Positions 13,713 through 22,158 of a stretch of DNA of 64,000 nucleotides are shown here, piece by piece. The DNA lies in assembly GCA_036676985.1 (NCBI GenBank), contig JAKFBU010000027.1, forward strand, positions 32,001 to 96,000, read 5' to 3'. The notes below the pieces were generated by a model. It saw only the letters and a program-made list of their open reading frames with translations, searched no databases and was not told where the DNA came from. Positions within the stretch are counted from its first letter, which is position 1; each line of letters opens with the position of its first letter. Both the position numbers and the translations under genes were made by a program. Origin of the DNA: Candidatus Sericytochromatia bacterium (GTDB lineage: Bacteria > Cyanobacteriota > Sericytochromatia > S15B-MN24 > UBA4093).

Positions 13713-14204
13713 ATGGATATCGTCAATACCCTGAGATCCGAGCACGATCGGGTCATGAAGCTCATCCAGGAGTTCAGCCGCGACGAGCGCCCGGAGGCGC
13801 GGCGGCAGCTCATCATGCAGCTGGTCCAGGAGCTCAGCGTCCACGAGGCCGCCGAGGAGGCCGCCGTCTGGACCGAGGTGCGCCAGGTGATCGACGCCAA
13901 GCTGTTCGACAAGGTCATGCGCGAGCAAGGCGAGCTGAAGGACGTGCTGCGACAAGCCGCCGAGAAGCGGGAGATGGACGTGAGCGGCCTGCTCACGCGC
14001 CTCCAGGACATGCTCAAGCGCCACATCGCGACCGAGCAGGACGAGGTCTTCCCGCTGATCACCCAGAAGTGCGATCAGCAGACCCGGGATCGCCTCGGCA
14101 CGGCCTTCATGGATTCCAAGAACGCCCTGATCGACCGGGCCGCGAAGCTCAACGTGACCATGCTGCCCGATGAGGTCGTCGAGCAGCTCAAGCAGCGCCG
14201 CTAG
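13713..14204 (+). CDS. hemerythrin-like (HHE cation-binding) protein
   Basis: LRSEH, HEAAEE, HIATEQDEVFP; one usual His position reads Q (MREQ); GGAGG RBS. Confidence 0.75.
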   Translation: MDIVNTLRSEHDRVMKLIQEFSRDERPEARRQLIMQLVQELSVHEAAEEAAVWTEVRQVIDAKLFDKVMREQGELKDVLRQAAEKREMDVSGLLTRLQDMLKRHIATEQDEVFPLITQKCDQQTRDRLGTAFMDSKNALIDRAAKLNVTMLPDEVVEQLKQRR

Positions 14205-14217
14205 CGCGCCACCGGCC

Positions 14218-14814
14218 TCAATCCCGCGACTCGAACGCCCGGAGCGCCTCCTGGTAGGTCTCCGGGTGATTGAGGTTCCGGAGGGTCAGGCCCTCCGGAT
14301 CCAGGTCCGCGAGGGCGGACGCCGGGAGCTCCGTGACGGCGAGGGAGGCGAGGAAAGCCCGGAGGCGGCGCTCCCCGCTCTCCAGCATGCGCCTCAGCTC
14401 CGGAAGCACGGCGCGCGCGTAGACGCCGAGGAGCGGTTCGAGGCCGTGCTCGCTGCGGATCACCACGGCCGGCGCTGCCGGGTCGAAGGCCATCAGGCGT
14501 TCGAGAACCTTCGACGTGAGAAAGGGCATGTCGCAGGCCACCACGAGTGCCCGTTCGGCCTCGAGTGCCTCCAGGCCGGAGGCCAAACCCTCCATGGGCC
14601 CGCGATCCGGATAGCGGTCGGCCACGAGCCGCGCATGCGGCACGGGAAAGCCCCGCTCGGGCGATCGCACGACCACCACCTCGGCGCAGCTCGCCTCCAG
14701 GAGGCGATGCAGCCGGGCGGCGAGGGCCTCGGGGCCGAACGGCAAGAGGGCCTTGTCCTGTCCCATGCGCCGGCTCTGGCCTCCGGCGAGCAAGATGGCT
14801 CCGCAGGGCGTCAT
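14218..14814 (-). CDS. mobA: molybdenum cofactor guanylyltransferase
   Basis: LLAGGQSRRMGQDKALL, GPMEG, VACDMPF, EPLLGVY, NLNHPE. Confidence 0.93.
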   Translation of the reverse strand: MTPCGAILLAGGQSRRMGQDKALLPFGPEALAARLHRLLEASCAEVVVVRSPERGFPVPHARLVADRYPDRGPMEGLASGLEALEAERALVVACDMPFLTSKVLERLMAFDPAAPAVVIRSEHGLEPLLGVYARAVLPELRRMLESGERRLRAFLASLAVTELPASALADLDPEGLTLRNLNHPETYQEALRAFESRD

Positions 14815-14977
14815 ATCGGCATCCTTTCGCGCCTCATTATACGCAGCTTTTTCGGGTCCCGGCGCGCGCGCCACCTGCTATACTCGAGCGGTATGCACGG
14901 CTGCAAGGTGCAAGGTCCCTGGACGTCCGCCTCGTGAGACTGCCCTCGCGAACGGTCCGACCGGGCCGGGGTGTCCC

Positions 14978-17659
14978 ATGAGCGACGATCGGACCCTCTC
15001 GATCAATGGCCGACGGGCCGCCGCGACGCCCGGACGGACCGTCCTCGACGCGGCGCGCGCGGTGGGCGTCGACATCCCCACCCTCTGCCACGATCCGGCC
15101 CTGGAGGCCACGGCCCAGTGCCGCCTGTGCCTGGTCGAGATCGAAGGCGTCCCCCGTCTCGAGCCGGCCTGCGCCACGCCCGCCCGTCCGGGCATGGTCG
15201 TGACCACCCACGGTCCGGAGGCCGCGGCCTCCCGCCGGCAGGTCCTCGAGATGCTGCTGAGCCGGCACCCGCGCGAGTGTCCTTCGCGGGCCCGGGGCCT
15301 GACATGTCGGCTGTGCGACTACGCGGAAGAATACCACGTCTCGGCGCCCCGGCTGGGTTACGGCGCCCCGTGCGAGCCCGTGCCCCAGAACGGCCTGATG
15401 GAGCTGGACCCCTCGGTCTGCATTCGCTGCGAGAAGTGCGTGCGGGTCTGCTCCGAGGTCCAGGGCATCGGGGCCTTGACCATGATCGGTCGCGGCAGCC
15501 GGAAGGAGCTTGCCGCCGGCAGCGGGACGACGCTCGCCGACACCGACTGCGAGCTGTGCGGCAACTGCGTGGAGGTGTGCCCCACCGGAGCCATCCGGGG
15601 CCGTCATGCGACCCAGCTCGCCCATGCCCGCAAGGTCGCCACCACGTGCGGCTTCTGCGGGGTGGGCTGCCAGCTCGAGCTCAACGTCCACGAGGGCCGG
15701 GTGGTCGGCGTCACGGCCGGCGGGGACAACCCCGTCAACGGCAAGTGGCTCTGCGTCAAGGGCCGGTTCGGGCACGAGTTCATCCACCATCCCGAGCGCC
15801 TGACGACGCCGCTGATCCGTAAGGACGGGCGCCTGGTGCCGGCGACCTGGGACGAGGCCCTCACCCTGGTGGCGTCCCGCATGACGGCCGCCAAGCTCGC
15901 CCACGGCCCCGACGCCCTGGCCTTCATGAGCTCCAGCCGCTGCACCAACGAGGAGAACTACCTCATGCAGAAGCTGGCCCGCGCGGTGATCGGGACGCAC
16001 AACGTCGACCAGTGCGCCAGGACCTGACACGCCCCCACCGTGGCCGGTCTGGCCACTTCGTTCGGGAGCGGGGCGATGACCAACTCCATCGCCGAGATCC
16101 CCCATGCCGACGTGCTCTTCGTGATCGGGGCCAACCCCACCGAGGCGCACCCGATCATCGGCCTCAAGATGAAGGAGGCCATGCGTCGCGGCGCCCGGAT
16201 CGTCGTGGCGGACCCCCGGCGGATCTGGCTGGCTCGGCATGCGTGGCTGCACCTGCCCTTGCGCCCGGGCACGGATCTCGCCCTGCTCAACGCCATGGCG
16301 CACGTCATCCTCACGGAGGGCCTGGTGGACGAGGCCTTCGTGGCCGAAAGGACCGAGGGCTTCGAGGAGTTCCGCCGGGTGGCCATGGAGTGGCCCGTCG
16401 AGCGGGCCGCCGAGGTCTGCGAGGTGGACGCGGAGGCCATCCGCCAGGCGGCCCGAGCCTATGCGCGGGCCGAGCGGGGGGCCATCTTCTACACCCTGGG
16501 CATCACCGAACACACCTGCGGCACCCGTAACGTCCTGGCGCTCGCGAACCTCGCCCTGATGACGGGGCATGTGGGCAAGGAGAGCAGCGGCGTCAACCCC
16601 CTGAGGGGTCAGAACAACGTCCAGGGCGCCTGCGACATGGGCGCCCAACCGGACGTTTTCCCGGGCTACCAGAAGGTGGCAGTGCCCGAGCACCGGGCGA
16701 AGTTCGCGGAGGCCTGGCGCGTGCCCATGCCGGACGGCCCGGGCAAGACGCTCACGGACATGATCGAGGCCGCCGCCGAGGGTCAGCTCAGGGCCCTCTA
16801 CGTCATGGGCGAGGACCCGGTCGTCTCCGAGGCCCATGCCCGTTACACCCGCGAGGCCCTCGGCCGACTCGACCTCCTGGTGGTGCAGGACATCTTCCTC
16901 AGCGAGACCGCAAAGCTCGCGGACGTGGTGCTGCCCGCCTCGTGCTTCGCCGAGAAGGACGGCACCTTCACCAACACCGAGCGCCGGGTCCAGCGGGTCC
17001 GCAAGGCCGTCGAGGCGCCCGGCGAGGCCCGGGAGGACTGGCGCATCCTCTGCGAGCTCGCAGGGCGGCTCGGATACCCCATGCCCTACGCCTCGCCCCG
17101 GGAGGTCTGGGACGAGATCGCCGGGCTTGCGCCCATGCTGGGCGGCATCCGCTACGACCGGATCGACCGGATCGGGCTGCAGTGGCCCTGTCCCGAGGAC
17201 GACCATCCGGGCACGCGCTACCTGCATGCGGGCGGCTTCACGCGGGGGGCGGGCAAGTTCCACGCGGTCGAGCACACGCCTCCGAGCGAGTCGCCGGACA
17301 CGGAGTACCCCTGGCAGCTCTCCACCGGCCGGATCCTGTATCACTACAATGCGGGCACCATGACCCGGCGGGTGCGGGGCATCGCCGACAAGGTCCCGGA
17401 CGCCTTCGTCGAGATCCATCCGCGGGACCTCGAGCGCCTGGGGGCGGCGCATGGCGACATGTTGCGCGTCTCCACCCGCCGGGGGAGCGTCGAGGTGCGC
17501 GCCGAGGCCACCCGCAAGGTCCTACCGGGCCGGATCTGGATGCCCTTCCATTTCGCCGAGGCGGCGGCCAACGAGCTCACGGTGGACGCCTACGATGACG
17601 TGACGCGGACCGCGGAGTTCAAGGTGGCGGCCGCTCGCGTCGAGGTCGTGCGGCCATGA
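14978..17659 (+). CDS. fdhF: selenocysteine-containing formate dehydrogenase alpha subunit (about 893 aa) with N-terminal [2Fe-2S]/[4Fe-4S] domains; UGA 16025-16027 = Sec
   Basis: ORFs 14753-16027 and 16040-17659 are in frame; the junction reads DQCART-U-HAPTVAGLATSFGSGAMTN (FDH active site); CGFCGVGC, PLRGQNNVQGACDMG, EKDGTFTNTERRVQ. Confidence 0.93.
16028..16066 (+). promoter_or_regulatory. bacterial SECIS element
   Basis: GUGGCC-GGUCU-GGCCAC hairpin at 16040-16056, 12 nt after the UGA, with a GGUCU apical sequence like the fdhF SECIS. Confidence 0.85.
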
Positions 17660-18282
17660 GGCGCATCCTGGTCGGGGGCGCCTGGTCGGGGTCCGGCAAG
17701 ACCTCGGTGGTCGAGATGCTGCTCGGGGCGCTGCCCGGCTGGGCGGCCATCAAGGTGACGCCCTCCCGGCAGGACGAGGTGTGCCCCATCGGCGCGTGCT
17801 GCGGGGCCTGTGCGCCACCCGCGGGTCCCTACGAGATCATCACGGACCCCGCCGTCCTGCTCCAGCTGGGCAAGGACACGCAGCGCTACCGGGCGGCCGG
17901 GGCGTCCGCGGTCGCGTGGGTCCGGGGCCGCCCGGAGGTCCTGCCAGCAGCTCTCGAGGAGGCCTTGGCGGGCATGGCGGGCCTGGAGGGCGTCATCATC
18001 GAGAGCGGGAGCCTGATTCCCTTCGTGCCAGGCCTGCGCGTGATGGTCGTGCGGGGGGCCTCGCGGCTGGTCAAGGACTCGGCGCGCGCGTGCGTCGGCC
18101 ACGTGGACGTCTTGGCCGTCAACGTGGACGACGCGGGCTCCGAGCTCGTGCCGCACCCCCTGGAGGACGTGCTTGCGCCCGGTCAGGTGTTCCGGATCTC
18201 GGCCGTTCTGCCGGCTGACGCCACCGTGAACGAGGCCTTCATAGCCTGCTGCCGTTTAGAGACGAGCCTTCGGCCAGGCTGA
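17656..18282 (+). CDS. P-loop NTPase, MobB-like, with Cys-rich insert
   Basis: GGAWSGSGKT, AAIK, GKDTQRYRAAGA, VIIESGS; CPIGACCGAC insert; ATGA overlap with fdh. Confidence 0.7.
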   Translation: MRRILVGGAWSGSGKTSVVEMLLGALPGWAAIKVTPSRQDEVCPIGACCGACAPPAGPYEIITDPAVLLQLGKDTQRYRAAGASAVAWVRGRPEVLPAALEEALAGMAGLEGVIIESGSLIPFVPGLRVMVVRGASRLVKDSARACVGHVDVLAVNVDDAGSELVPHPLEDVLAPGQVFRISAVLPADATVNEAFIACCRLETSLRPG

Positions 18283-18345
18283 GGCGCGCCGGGAGGCACA
18301 AACCGTACGAGCAATGGATGGCGCCGAGCGAGGGAACGATCTCTC

Positions 18346-19569
18346 CTAGGCGAGGGGGAGCGCCAGCATGAAGCTCGTGCCCTTGTCCGGGTGGCTCGCG
18401 AGGGAGAGCTCCCCGCGGTGCGCCCTTGCGATCGACTGGGCGATGGCGAGCCCCAGGCCACTGCCGTCGGGATTGGCCTCTCGTCCGTACTCCAGTCGAA
18501 CAAAGCGTTCGAAGACGCGCGCCTGGTCCTCCGGCCCGATGCCGGGTCCGGGGTTGGTCACCGTCACCCGCGCCTGGGTCGCCGTCACCGAGAGTCGGAC
18601 CACGACGCGCGAGCCCCGAGGGGTGTAGCGAACGGCATTCTCGAGGAGATTGTGGAGCGCCTGCGCCACGCCATGGGGGCTCCCGACGACGTCCGCCTCG
18701 TGCGAAGCGCCGTCCACGTCGAGGGTGACGGATCGCTCGGCGGCGAGGGGGGCGAGGGTCGCCACCTCTTCCTCGAGCACCTCACCGATGGCAAAGCGCA
18801 GGGGCGCCTCGCCGTGACCCCCGTCGCCGCGCCCCAGGGTCAGCAGATCGCGAAGCACGGCCTTGATGCGGCGGGCCCGGCCCTCGATGTGCGCCAGCTT
18901 CTCACGGGCGTCGGGTGCGAGGTCCGTTCGCTGGAGGAGCAACTGGGTATTGGCCAGGATCAAGGACAGGGGCGTTCGTAGCTCGTGAGAGGCGTCGCGC
19001 GAGAATTGCCGCTCGCGATTCAAGGCGGCCTCCATGGGGCGGGAGGCGAGCTCGGCGAGCCAGAGGGCGAGCGCGACGGCCAGCAGGAGGGTGAGCGGAA
19101 CGAGGGCCACCAAACCGAACAGGATGTGCTCGAGCGTATGCCAGAAATCCTCGAGCTGGCGAACCTGGACGATTTGGCCGCGCACCTGCCCGTCGCCGAT
19201 CACCGGCGTGACGATGAGTCGGAGCCGCGGGTCGTCCGGGAGCTCGCGCGCTCCGGGCTCCAGGATGCCGTCCGGCAGGGGCGCAGGCCCGCGGGTCCCG
19301 AGCACGCGCCCAGCGGCATCGCGGACCGACACGTGCTCTCCGGGCCAGAGCGGGTATTCGGCAAGGGCGTTGTCGAGCTCCCGGGACCCCGACCCGGGAG
19401 CTTGAAGGGCGCGCTTCAAGGGCCTGGCGATCTTCTCGCTGGTCTCGTCGACCTCGTGCAGCAGCACCCCGTGCACCATGGTGTAGGAAAAGCCCGCATA
19501 CCCAATGGCCAGTACCACCAGGCTGAGGATGGCGCGGCGGGTGACCCGGCGACTAAGGCTCAAGATCAT
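18346..19569 (-). CDS. membrane sensor histidine kinase
   Basis: Two TMs; DASHELRTPL, NLLENAVRY, GPGI, FERF, GSGLGLAI. Confidence 0.92.
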   Translation of the reverse strand: MILSLSRRVTRRAILSLVVLAIGYAGFSYTMVHGVLLHEVDETSEKIARPLKRALQAPGSGSRELDNALAEYPLWPGEHVSVRDAAGRVLGTRGPAPLPDGILEPGARELPDDPRLRLIVTPVIGDGQVRGQIVQVRQLEDFWHTLEHILFGLVALVPLTLLLAVALALWLAELASRPMEAALNRERQFSRDASHELRTPLSLILANTQLLLQRTDLAPDAREKLAHIEGRARRIKAVLRDLLTLGRGDGGHGEAPLRFAIGEVLEEEVATLAPLAAERSVTLDVDGASHEADVVGSPHGVAQALHNLLENAVRYTPRGSRVVVRLSVTATQARVTVTNPGPGIGPEDQARVFERFVRLEYGREANPDGSGLGLAIAQSIARAHRGELSLASHPDKGTSFMLALPLA

Positions 19570-20236
19570 GGAGGGCCATCCGGTAGCCGCGCCCGTGCAC
19601 GGTCTCGATGAGCGGGGGTGAGCCCGTGTCTCCGATGGCCTTGCGCAGTCCCTTGATGTGGGCGCGCAAGGCGGCGGCGCTCTGCTCGGACTCTCCGGAC
19701 CAGAGTCCGAGCCCGATCTGGGAATGAGAGACGATCCGACCGGCGTGGCGCATGAGGAGCTCGAGCAAGGCGAATTCCTTGGGCATCAGCTTGACGTCCC
19801 TCCCCGCACGCTGCACCCTGCCGGTCGAGGGGGCCAGGGTCAGATCGCCCACCTGGAGGACGCCTTCGGGTCGATGGTTGCTTCGCCGAAGGAGCGCCCG
19901 GACCCGGACCTTGAGCTCGTCGAGCTCGAAGGGCTTGGCCAGGTAGTCGTCGGCGCCCGCGTCGAACCCCTGCACCTTGTCGGCAAGACTGTCGAGCGCG
20001 GTCAGCATCAGGATGGGGACCTCATGTCCGGAGGCTCGGCACCGGCGGCAGATCTCGAGGCCCGATGGGCCGGGCAGCAAGACGTCGAGCACCAACAGGT
20101 CGTACGAATAGAGGCCCAGCATGGCTTCGGCGGCCACCCCGTCGTGCGCGACATCGATGACGCGCTCCCTACCGGACAGGGCCTCGCGAATGGCGTTCGC
20201 CAGGGCGACGTCGTCCTCGATCACCAGGAGCCGCAT
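19553..20236 (-). CDS. OmpR/PhoB-family response regulator
   Basis: LVIEDD, LVLDVLLP, LMLTA, GADDYLAKPF, wHTH ending IETVHGRGY. Confidence 0.94.
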   Translation of the reverse strand: MRLLVIEDDVALANAIREALSGRERVIDVAHDGVAAEAMLGLYSYDLLVLDVLLPGPSGLEICRRCRASGHEVPILMLTALDSLADKVQGFDAGADDYLAKPFELDELKVRVRALLRRSNHRPEGVLQVGDLTLAPSTGRVQRAGRDVKLMPKEFALLELLMRHAGRIVSHSQIGLGLWSGESEQSAAALRAHIKGLRKAIGDTGSPPLIETVHGRGYRMALHDLEP

Positions 20237-20431
20237 GGGGCCGGCCTCCACTAGCTATACAGCCGCGTTCCCGCCCGCGCCGGTCTGATCCCGCCAGCGC
20301 GCGTCGTCCGGGCCCTTGCCACCGGACGCTCCGCCTAGAATAGCACGTTTGGCGAACTTTACGACCACCTCCGCGAGCAGCGTCGCCGGCTGCGGCCGAT
20401 CCGTAGTGCGTACGGTTCTTTCGGCCCAATC

Positions 20432-20449
20432 GTGAAAAATTTGTGAAAA
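20432..20449. promoter_or_regulatory. tandem direct repeat GTGAAAA-N4-GTGAAAA, candidate OmpR-family binding site
   Basis: 11-bp period repeat in the divergent gap between the response regulator and the cytochrome gene. Confidence 0.5.
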
Positions 20450-20596
20450 TCGGTAGTATCCCCGGTCATGCTCGGCTCGCAATTCGGGCTAACCTGCTAT
20501 CAACCTATTCCACCCCGATCGACAGGCTGAAACGCCCTGCTGGTGCCCTCTACTGGGCTGGCGGACGATTTTGGCATGCCCACTTCAGGAGGCCTT

Positions 20597-21925
20597 ATGA
20601 AGTCAGTCAGAGTCATTGCCCTTACAGCGGCCAGCGTCGGACTCTTCTACGCCATCGGCTGTCAGCCGACCACGCCGACGGCCAGCAATCCCACGGCTAC
20701 CCCCACGCCTTCGAGCAGCAACAACACCACCACGGACAACGGTTACCTCAAGGTCCCCGCGTCCCACAAGTATTACGCCCAGGCCGACACCACCTGCGTG
20801 AGCTGCCACACCAACCTCGATCCCACCACCGGAAACGCGGTGCGCTTCATGCCGTTTCCGGACGGCCACGAGAAGAAGTCGCCCACGAACTGCGTGAGCT
20901 GCCACCAGACGGCCGCAGAAACGGCGCCGCCCGTCGTCAACATGACCGTCGCCAAGGTGGCGACCGGGCCTGACAACGACCCGGCGACCAACGACACGCT
21001 CTGGGCGGGCGCCACGGAGGCCGCCATCCCGGTGCAAGGCGGCGTCAACAAGAGCGAGACGACCATCAAGATGAAGGCCGTCCATGACGGGACCTACGTC
21101 TACTTCCGGGCCACCCTCGACGACCCGACCAAGAGCCTCGAGCGTCAGCCGTACGTGAAAAATGCCGACGGCACGTGGACCAAGACGAAGGCCTGGCCCG
21201 ACAAGTATGAGGACAAGCTCGCCTTCATCTGGGACAACCCGGAGAAGCCGATGACGGGCTTCAGCACCCAGGGCTGCGCCGTCACGTGCCACTCGGCTGG
21301 ACCGAGCGACAAGTACGGCCGTCCCGTCAAGTATGCCCCGGCAGCCGGCCAGTTCGGCGACATGTGGCACGCCAAGACCGCCCGCCATGCCGCTGTTCCC
21401 GAGCTCAAGCAGATCGACGACCAGAGCGTCTGGTATCCGGATGATCTCTCGAACCCGCTCTCCACGACCGATACCCTCAAGGACGGCGGCCGCAAGGGCG
21501 ATGCACAGCTCTCGACCAGTACCAAGGGCGACTACACGACCAACGACAAGGACTCGGGCGGTCTGCCCAAGTGGATGCCGGCGGGTGACGACACCAAGCT
21601 CAAGGCGGGCGTCGGCAGCAACCCCTTCTGGATGCTCGCGACCCAGAGCTTCAACCCGGACAAGTTCGCGGTCGGAGACAAGCTGGCCTCGCACCTGGCC
21701 AAGCGCCTCGAGGGCAGCCGCGGGGACATCGACGGTTATGCCGTCTGGTCGGGCGGCGTGTGGACCTACGAGTTCAAGCGCAAGCTCGACACCGGCGACA
21801 CCTCGGGTCGCGACACCAAGTTCTTGCCCGGACAAACCTACACCATGGGGGCTGCCTATTTCGACAACAACCAGATCGGACACGCCGTCCAGTTCGGCGT
21901 GACCAAGGTGACCTTCGCTCAGTAG
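20597..21925 (+). CDS. lipoprotein c-type cytochrome with ethylbenzene-dehydrogenase-gamma-like (DOMON/EB_dh) domain
   Basis: AGGAGG RBS; signal peptide with AIGC lipobox; CVSCH x2, CAVTCH; YEDKLAFIW, DMWH, GVWTYEFKRKLDTG. Confidence 0.75.
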   Translation: MKSVRVIALTAASVGLFYAIGCQPTTPTASNPTATPTPSSSNNTTTDNGYLKVPASHKYYAQADTTCVSCHTNLDPTTGNAVRFMPFPDGHEKKSPTNCVSCHQTAAETAPPVVNMTVAKVATGPDNDPATNDTLWAGATEAAIPVQGGVNKSETTIKMKAVHDGTYVYFRATLDDPTKSLERQPYVKNADGTWTKTKAWPDKYEDKLAFIWDNPEKPMTGFSTQGCAVTCHSAGPSDKYGRPVKYAPAAGQFGDMWHAKTARHAAVPELKQIDDQSVWYPDDLSNPLSTTDTLKDGGRKGDAQLSTSTKGDYTTNDKDSGGLPKWMPAGDDTKLKAGVGSNPFWMLATQSFNPDKFAVGDKLASHLAKRLEGSRGDIDGYAVWSGGVWTYEFKRKLDTGDTSGRDTKFLPGQTYTMGAAYFDNNQIGHAVQFGVTKVTFAQ

Positions 21926-22158
21926 CGACAGGTACGGGACGCCGCCTTCTGGTCGGCGTTCCGGGGCCTGGTGACTCCCTACCGAGCTCCTCATTCGACC
22001 AACCTACCGCAGCAACGGGCCGGCTCTCAGGAGCCGGCCCGTCGCGTGGCCGGGTATCCTGCTTGCTGCTCCGGACCGTGCCCGGTCTCGTGTTATAGAT
22101 CGACCGGCGATGGGGAACGCCGAGCGTATCGATCGCTCGCCAGCAAGTGAGGGGGCGC

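Noticed and set aside
16025-16027. fdh as a nonsense pseudogene or two genes
   Set aside because: The UGA lies at the catalytic Cys/Sec position, the frame continues and a SECIS follows
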